Below are positions 14,906-20,000 of a stretch of DNA of 20,000 nt, piece after piece. The notes below the pieces were generated by a model. That model made no database searches. It saw only the letters and a program-made list of their open reading frames with translations, and had not been told where the DNA came from. The position numbers and the translations under genes are program-made. Source of the DNA: an uncultured Candidatus Sumerlaeota bacterium (GTDB taxonomy: Bacteria > CAYMEV01); the NCBI GenBank assembly GCA_964389675.1, contig CAYMEV010000010.1, forward strand, positions 106,426-126,425, read 5' to 3'. Numbering within the stretch: position 1 is the stretch's first letter; every line of letters starts with the position of its first letter.

Positions 14906-17656
14906 TTGGGAAAAGGTATCGACAGTGCTGGCCTGCCAAATGAAAATAGAGACAGGGACCTTGCCGATCATAAAGACCTTCTGGAGATTATATCAAGAAT
15001 ATCATTCCAGTTTATAAGCTCACCGTCTCAGGATATTGACCTGATTATTAATGATTCCCTGAAAAAGATCGGCATTATGGAGAATATAGACAGGAGCTAT
15101 ATTTTCCTTTTTGATGATAAATTTGCAGATAATACTCATGAATGGTGCAATGCAGGCATCAGGCCCCTTAAAAACAGCCTGCAGAGGATTCCTCTTGAAT
15201 CCATGCCATGGTGCACAGGGCAATTAAAAAAGTATAATATTATATATATTCCCGATGTATCCGGACTGGTTCAATCACCTTACCATGAAAAATCGATCCT
15301 GGAAAAGCAGGGTATCAAATCGATACTCATAATTCCAATGATGTTTCAGAACAGGCTTGTAGGATTTCTTGGATTTGATTCAGTAAAGAGAAACAAATAC
15401 TGGAGAGAGGATATTATACGGTTTTTAAGGCTGCTTGGCGATATAGTTATCAATACTGTTGAAAGAAGCAAAATGCAGGGTAGCCTTATCAGGGCAAATA
15501 AAAACCTTAAAACAGAGATATCAAAAGCTACAAAAAGGCTTATCAGCGTCAATAAGAGCCTTGAAGAAGAAATCAACGAGAGAAGGCAGGTTGAACATAA
15601 GATCCTGACCAGGGATAAAAGGCTTATTAATCAGAATGCCTTTATCCTTGACCTTATATCAGGCGAGTCTGTTTACAGGAAGGACCTTAAAGAGGCCTAT
15701 AATCTGATCACACGCATTACAGCAGATATTATGAATACTGACAGGGTGAGCATATGGCTATTGAACGGCAATAAGGATGAACTTTCATGCCAGTGCATGT
15801 ATAACCGGTTCAGGCAGGAAAATTTCTCTAAAATGAAACTCCGGAGCAAGGATAATCCCATATATTTTGACAGCCTTCTCAGGGGGAATATTATTAGGGC
15901 TGCTGATGCAGCAGGTGATCCTATTACAAAATCCTTCCAGAATGCCTATTTTTCAAAAGACAATAATGTAAAATCCCTTCTTGATTGCCCGATCTTTCTG
16001 AATAATGATGTAATAGGCCTTTTATCCGTACATACACTGCAGGAGAAAACAGGCTGGTCAAATGAAGATATAAATTTTGTCACATCATTGGCTGCCATTA
16101 TCTCACTCTGTATTGAGAACAGGGAGAGGCAGAAAGCGCAGAAGGAACTTACAGAAAGTGAGGTTAAATATAAGCTTCTTTTTGACGGGTCTGTTGACAG
16201 CATCTTTATTCTGGAAAATGACAGGTTTATTGAATGCAATGCGGCTACAGAGAAAATGTTCCTCTGCAGGAGAAGTGAAATTCTTGGGAAAAGCCCTTTT
16301 GATTTTTCACCTGACAAACAGCCTGACGGCAGTTCATCAAAGGAAAAGGGGCTGGAAATGATCAGACTGGCATATGAAGGCCAGCATCAGGTATTCGAAT
16401 GGACACACTGCAGGCTTGATAAGACACAGTTTGTTTCAGAAATAAGCCTCAAAAAATTTGAACTTTATGGAAAAACACTGCTTCAGGCAGTAGTAAGGGA
16501 CATTACGGAAAATAAAAACCTCCAGAAAAGGCTTTTTACGACTCAGAAGCTGGAAAGCCTGGGAAAGCTTGCCGGAGGAATAGCACATGATTTTAATAAT
16601 ATACTTGGAGTCATAATGGGATATGCATCCATCCTGGCGCCGAAGATATCCAGTGACGGGCAGATGACAAAATACCTTAATTCCATTATCAATGAATCAA
16701 AGAGGGCATCAGAGCTCATAAGAAGGCTTCTGGCATTTTCCCAGGGAGGAAGTACTGAATTCAGGGTATTTGATCTCTCAGCTCTGATCAGCGAGATTTC
16801 TGACATAATAAAACATACTTTCGATAAGAATATATCCTTCCACTGCAATATGCCCAAAAAAAATATACTAATTAACGGGGATTACACTCAGCTGCACCAG
16901 GTTTTTATGAATATTGTCATAAATGCAAGGGATGCAATGCCGAACGGCGGAATTCTCACCATTGACGGAAAGATCGTAAATGGCATAAATAACAAGGGCC
17001 AGAGGCTTGCTGACTCTGAGGAGGATTATATAAAGATCTGCATAAGAGACAGCGGAATCGGTATGGATAAACATACGATGGATTGTATATTCGATCCTTT
17101 TTTCACAACAAAAAGGCCGGGCAAAGGAATAGGTCTGGGACTGTCTGCAGTCTATGGTATAGTAAATATCCATAAAGGTTTTATAGATGTTGAGAGCGAA
17201 AAGGATATAGGAACAGCCATAACTGTAATGCTTCCTGTCAGCAAAAATCTTCCCCTGCCGGACAGGGTCGAAAAACCAGGGGAAAAGATCAAAAGCGGTA
17301 CCGAGACAATTATGATCGTGGATGATGAAAAGGAAATACTCAATCTTTCCAGGGATATTTTTTCAATGCACGGCTACAATGTCCTGCTTGCAAATGGAGG
17401 CAATGAAGCCGTTGATATGTACAAAAAAAACAATATTGACCTTGTGGTAATGGACATGATGATGCCAAAAATGAGCGGTAATGAGCTTTATTTCATATTA
17501 AAGGACATAAATCCGGATATAAGGGTAATTATCTCATCAGGTTTTTCAAAGGAAAGCATTTTAGAAACAATCCTTAAGGAAAAGAACTGCAGGTTCATTC
17601 AAAAGCCGTTCACTATAGACAGTCTCCTTTCTCTTGTAAGAGAATGCCTCGATTAA
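14906..17656 (+). CDS. Cytoplasmic hybrid sensor histidine kinase (GAF-GAF-PAS-HisKA-HATPase-REC)
   Basis: GAF (IDRSYIF...THEWC...GIKSILIIP...GFLGFD), coiled coil, second GAF (DRVSIW...SLLDCPI...IGLLSV), PAS (FIECNAA...QVFEW...VRDITE), H-box GIAHDFNNIL, QVFMNIVINARDAM, DSGIGM, FDPFFTTK, GIGLGL, and receiver IVDDE...VMDMMMPKMSG...QKPF. No transmembrane segment is evident. Confidence 0.95.
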   Translation: MGKGIDSAGLPNENRDRDLADHKDLLEIISRISFQFISSPSQDIDLIINDSLKKIGIMENIDRSYIFLFDDKFADNTHEWCNAGIRPLKNSLQRIPLESMPWCTGQLKKYNIIYIPDVSGLVQSPYHEKSILEKQGIKSILIIPMMFQNRLVGFLGFDSVKRNKYWREDIIRFLRLLGDIVINTVERSKMQGSLIRANKNLKTEISKATKRLISVNKSLEEEINERRQVEHKILTRDKRLINQNAFILDLISGESVYRKDLKEAYNLITRITADIMNTDRVSIWLLNGNKDELSCQCMYNRFRQENFSKMKLRSKDNPIYFDSLLRGNIIRAADAAGDPITKSFQNAYFSKDNNVKSLLDCPIFLNNDVIGLLSVHTLQEKTGWSNEDINFVTSLAAIISLCIENRERQKAQKELTESEVKYKLLFDGSVDSIFILENDRFIECNAATEKMFLCRRSEILGKSPFDFSPDKQPDGSSSKEKGLEMIRLAYEGQHQVFEWTHCRLDKTQFVSEISLKKFELYGKTLLQAVVRDITENKNLQKRLFTTQKLESLGKLAGGIAHDFNNILGVIMGYASILAPKISSDGQMTKYLNSIINESKRASELIRRLLAFSQGGSTEFRVFDLSALISEISDIIKHTFDKNISFHCNMPKKNILINGDYTQLHQVFMNIVINARDAMPNGGILTIDGKIVNGINNKGQRLADSEEDYIKICIRDSGIGMDKHTMDCIFDPFFTTKRPGKGIGLGLSAVYGIVNIHKGFIDVESEKDIGTAITVMLPVSKNLPLPDRVEKPGEKIKSGTETIMIVDDEKEILNLSRDIFSMHGYNVLLANGGNEAVDMYKKNNIDLVVMDMMMPKMSGNELYFILKDINPDIRVIISSGFSKESILETILKEKNCRFIQKPFTIDSLLSLVRECLD

Positions 17657-17814
17657 TCAGCCCATGCCGTCTTCCTGTTGAAGCCCAGTATAGGCATAAG
17701 CTTCTTTGAATTCAGAATGCATGGCTGTCCTTTTACATTAATAAAGCAGTGACAGCATGGAATCAGCGCGCTGGCGGAAGCTGAAAGAATTACGATAAAT
17801 AGAGCCTCTCAACC

Positions 17815-17843
17815 TTGATTTTTAAAGAATTTTGTGCTATAAT
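17815..17843 (+). promoter_or_regulatory. Sigma70-type extended -10 promoter of the C25 peptidase
   Basis: TTGATT(17815-17820)-N17-TATAAT(17838-17843) with TG at 17835-17836 (TGnTATAAT). SD AAGGAG at 17867-17872 precedes ATG17879. Confidence 0.8.
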
Positions 17844-17878
17844 ATTCCTCATAAAAATCAAATTAGAAGGAGATTTTA

Positions 17879-20000
17879 ATGAGGAAAAATAAGAGATTTT
17901 CAAGCCTGTTCTTATTATTGGTTCTGGCTTTTTCAGTTTTATCATTTGGCAGTCAGCTGCCAGGAGAAGGCTGGGTGACAATGGATGACCAGACAGGTGA
18001 AGCTTCACGTTCTCCCTATATAAGGATTCTTGACAGAAAGCCAGGCAGTATAGTCCTGCAGATTGACCTTTCAGGATTTTATGTTACCCAGGAAGTGATC
18101 TTGAAAGAAGGGATCTCTGAAGAAACAGAGGAGTATGTGAAACTCAGGGAAAGAAGCGGGAAAAGATTTATAAGGCTGTCTGTTCCCGGAACAGTCTCTT
18201 TAAGCGAGGTTGGAAAACCTGAACTGCCTCAGTTCGGCAGGATGCTGCATCTGCCTGTAGATGCCAGATCAACCTTTAAGATAACAAGTATTGAAACCGA
18301 GGAATTCCATGACTGCCTGGTCTACCCCGTCCAGGAGATGCCTAACAGGAGCAACCCCGGCCAGAAGATCCCGTTTGGAATAGATAAGGGTTTTTATGAC
18401 AGGGATGGCATTTATCCGGAAAATATAGTTTCAGTTGACAGTGAAGGCATATTCAGGGATATCTTCATTGCCAGGATCGGGATCAGGCCTCTTCAGTACA
18501 ACCCTAAGAGCATGACACTGAAGGTTCATAAAAGCATTACAGTTGAGATAGAATATGACTCGCCAGGCCCTGATAAATTTATATATGGTATGCCTACCTC
18601 AGCTGCATTTATTCCATTATATAAATCCCTTACCCTTAATTATACCGATGACAGCAAAAACAATGCTGATACTGCAGAATCAATGATAGTTTTTGTTGCA
18701 GATACTCTTTCCTCATCTATTGACCCGTTTGTTGAATGGAAGAAAAAGAAGGGCTTTTACGTCGAGAAGGTTCTTATGTCAGATGTTGGAGCGAATACCA
18801 CATCCATATACAACTATATCAAGGATGCATATGATTCATGGCCTAAGAAGCCTTCATATGTTGTATTTGTTGGAAATGCCACTACTATTCCTCCCTACTA
18901 CCGTTCAACCACCAATGGCAGTGCAGCTTCTGATTATCCATACAGCCTTATGGACAGCGATCAGTACCCTGATGTTCTTATAGGAAGGATTGTGGCCTCT
19001 ACAACTGCCCAGGTTGATGTTCAGGTTGCAAAGATTGTGAATTATGAGCAGAATCCTTATTTAGGAACAGATTCAGCATGGTACTCCAGGGCTTTCGGGA
19101 TTGCAAGCAATGAGGGGAGCAATCCGTCCGACGAGGATTATATAAATGATGTTGCAGATTATTTACTTAACGGGACTTACACAGACTTTGATTACTTCTT
19201 TCAGGGGTCAAATACTGCAACAGCAACAAATATTTCAAATGCAATCAATTCCGGCAGATCCTATGCAACTTATATAGGCCACGGATCAGGAACCAGCTGG
19301 GCCAGCACAAACACAACCTTCAGTACTACAACAATAAAAAACCTTTCAAACGGGTTCAAGCTTCCGATAATCATTGATGTCGCCTGTATGAACGGCCAGT
19401 TTGACAAGCTATCAGAGTGTTTTGGCGCAGCATGGATGTGGTCAGGCACTGCCTCAAGCCCAAAGGGTGCAGTAGGGTATTATGGCGGATCCGTTTCTAT
19501 TTCATGGCATCCGCCTGCAATTATGTCCATAGGAATTGCAAAACACCATTTTGCAGACCCGGTATATACATTTGGAGGAAGCTGCCTTGCAGGACAGATG
19601 TATATGGTTTCCCAGATGGGATGGAACAGTGACACTGAGGATAATTTTGAATGGTTTATACTTTTCGGGGACCCCTCAATCCTGATGAGAACAGATTCTC
19701 CGTCTGTACTGTCTGTAAACCATCCTTCAAGCATGTCAGCAGGAGATACAACAGCAAATATTACAGTTACATCCAACGGCTATGGTGTAAACAACGCTCT
19801 TGTCAGCATTATATCCTCAACGGATGACAGTGTATACGGCTCTGCTTATACTGACTCATCAGGTAATACAGCAGTTGTACTTAACAGTCCTGTTCCCGGG
19901 ACAGGCGTTCTTTACCTGACGGTTACAGCATATAATAAAAATGTATATGAATCCACCATCACTGTTGGCAGTAATTCAGACGGTAGCATCAGCCTTGACA
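17879..20000 (+). CDS. Gingipain-like C25 cysteine peptidase (signal peptide, propeptide, catalytic domain, Ig-like domain); 3'-truncated by the window
   Basis: Translated by hand; no stop in 707 codons. Signal peptide MRKNKRFSSLFLLLVLAFSVLSFG. Propeptide motifs GKPELP, YPVQE, IRPLQYNP. Catalytic domain FVEWKKKKGF, SDYPYS...PDVLIGRI, YIGHGSGTSW (His codon 19280-19282), IDVACMNGQF (Cys codon 19385-19387), ECFGAAWM, LFGDPS. Ig-like region NALVSI...AYTDSSG...LTVTAYN. Confidence 0.93.
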   Translation, partial: MRKNKRFSSLFLLLVLAFSVLSFGSQLPGEGWVTMDDQTGEASRSPYIRILDRKPGSIVLQIDLSGFYVTQEVILKEGISEETEEYVKLRERSGKRFIRLSVPGTVSLSEVGKPELPQFGRMLHLPVDARSTFKITSIETEEFHDCLVYPVQEMPNRSNPGQKIPFGIDKGFYDRDGIYPENIVSVDSEGIFRDIFIARIGIRPLQYNPKSMTLKVHKSITVEIEYDSPGPDKFIYGMPTSAAFIPLYKSLTLNYTDDSKNNADTAESMIVFVADTLSSSIDPFVEWKKKKGFYVEKVLMSDVGANTTSIYNYIKDAYDSWPKKPSYVVFVGNATTIPPYYRSTTNGSAASDYPYSLMDSDQYPDVLIGRIVASTTAQVDVQVAKIVNYEQNPYLGTDSAWYSRAFGIASNEGSNPSDEDYINDVADYLLNGTYTDFDYFFQGSNTATATNISNAINSGRSYATYIGHGSGTSWASTNTTFSTTTIKNLSNGFKLPIIIDVACMNGQFDKLSECFGAAWMWSGTASSPKGAVGYYGGSVSISWHPPAIMSIGIAKHHFADPVYTFGGSCLAGQMYMVSQMGWNSDTEDNFEWFILFGDPSILMRTDSPSVLSVNHPSSMSAGDTTANITVTSNGYGVNNALVSIISSTDDSVYGSAYTDSSGNTAVVLNSPVPGTGVLYLTVTAYNKNVYESTITVGSNSDGSISLD

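Noticed and set aside
1194..19776. The other short ORFs of the track nested in or antisense to the main genes (e.g. 13243..13689, 14217..14738, 15946..16317, 18693..18983, 19417..19632, 19480..19776)
   Set aside because: They lie wholly or mostly within well-supported genes, including the C25 gene missing from the track, or have no coding hallmarks.
1..20000. CRISPR arrays, tRNA/rRNA, IS elements, integrases, defence systems
   Set aside because: No regularly spaced repeats, RNA-gene hallmarks, transposase/integrase motifs or nuclease motifs were seen; all intergenic gaps are under about 230 bp.

Overview
Bacterial chromosomal window, AT-rich and densely coding; the lineage cannot be assigned from sequence alone. 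It has two blocks. (1) Positions 1-6995 are a cell-surface glycan synthesis/modification locus: the tail of a protein made of tandem Trm112/YcaR-like modules, two tandem-duplicated GT4 glycosyltransferases, an apparently catalytically dead asparagine-synthetase-like protein, a minus-strand methyltransferase plus NAD-dependent epimerase pair, and a third, divergently transcribed GT4. (2) Positions 7100-20000 are an exported-proteolysis block. It holds two tandem, signal-peptide-bearing tricorn (S41) protease paralogs, each preceded by a similar ECF-sigma-like promoter motif and each ending in a shared Trp-rich C-terminal extension. These are followed by an alpha/beta hydrolase that seems to start at a non-canonical ATT codon, a soluble GAF-GAF-PAS hybrid histidine kinase, and a gingipain-like C25 cysteine peptidase that runs off the window end and is missing from the ORF track. 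I found no rRNA, tRNA, CRISPR array or mobile element. All family calls are by-eye motif recognition, not database searches.
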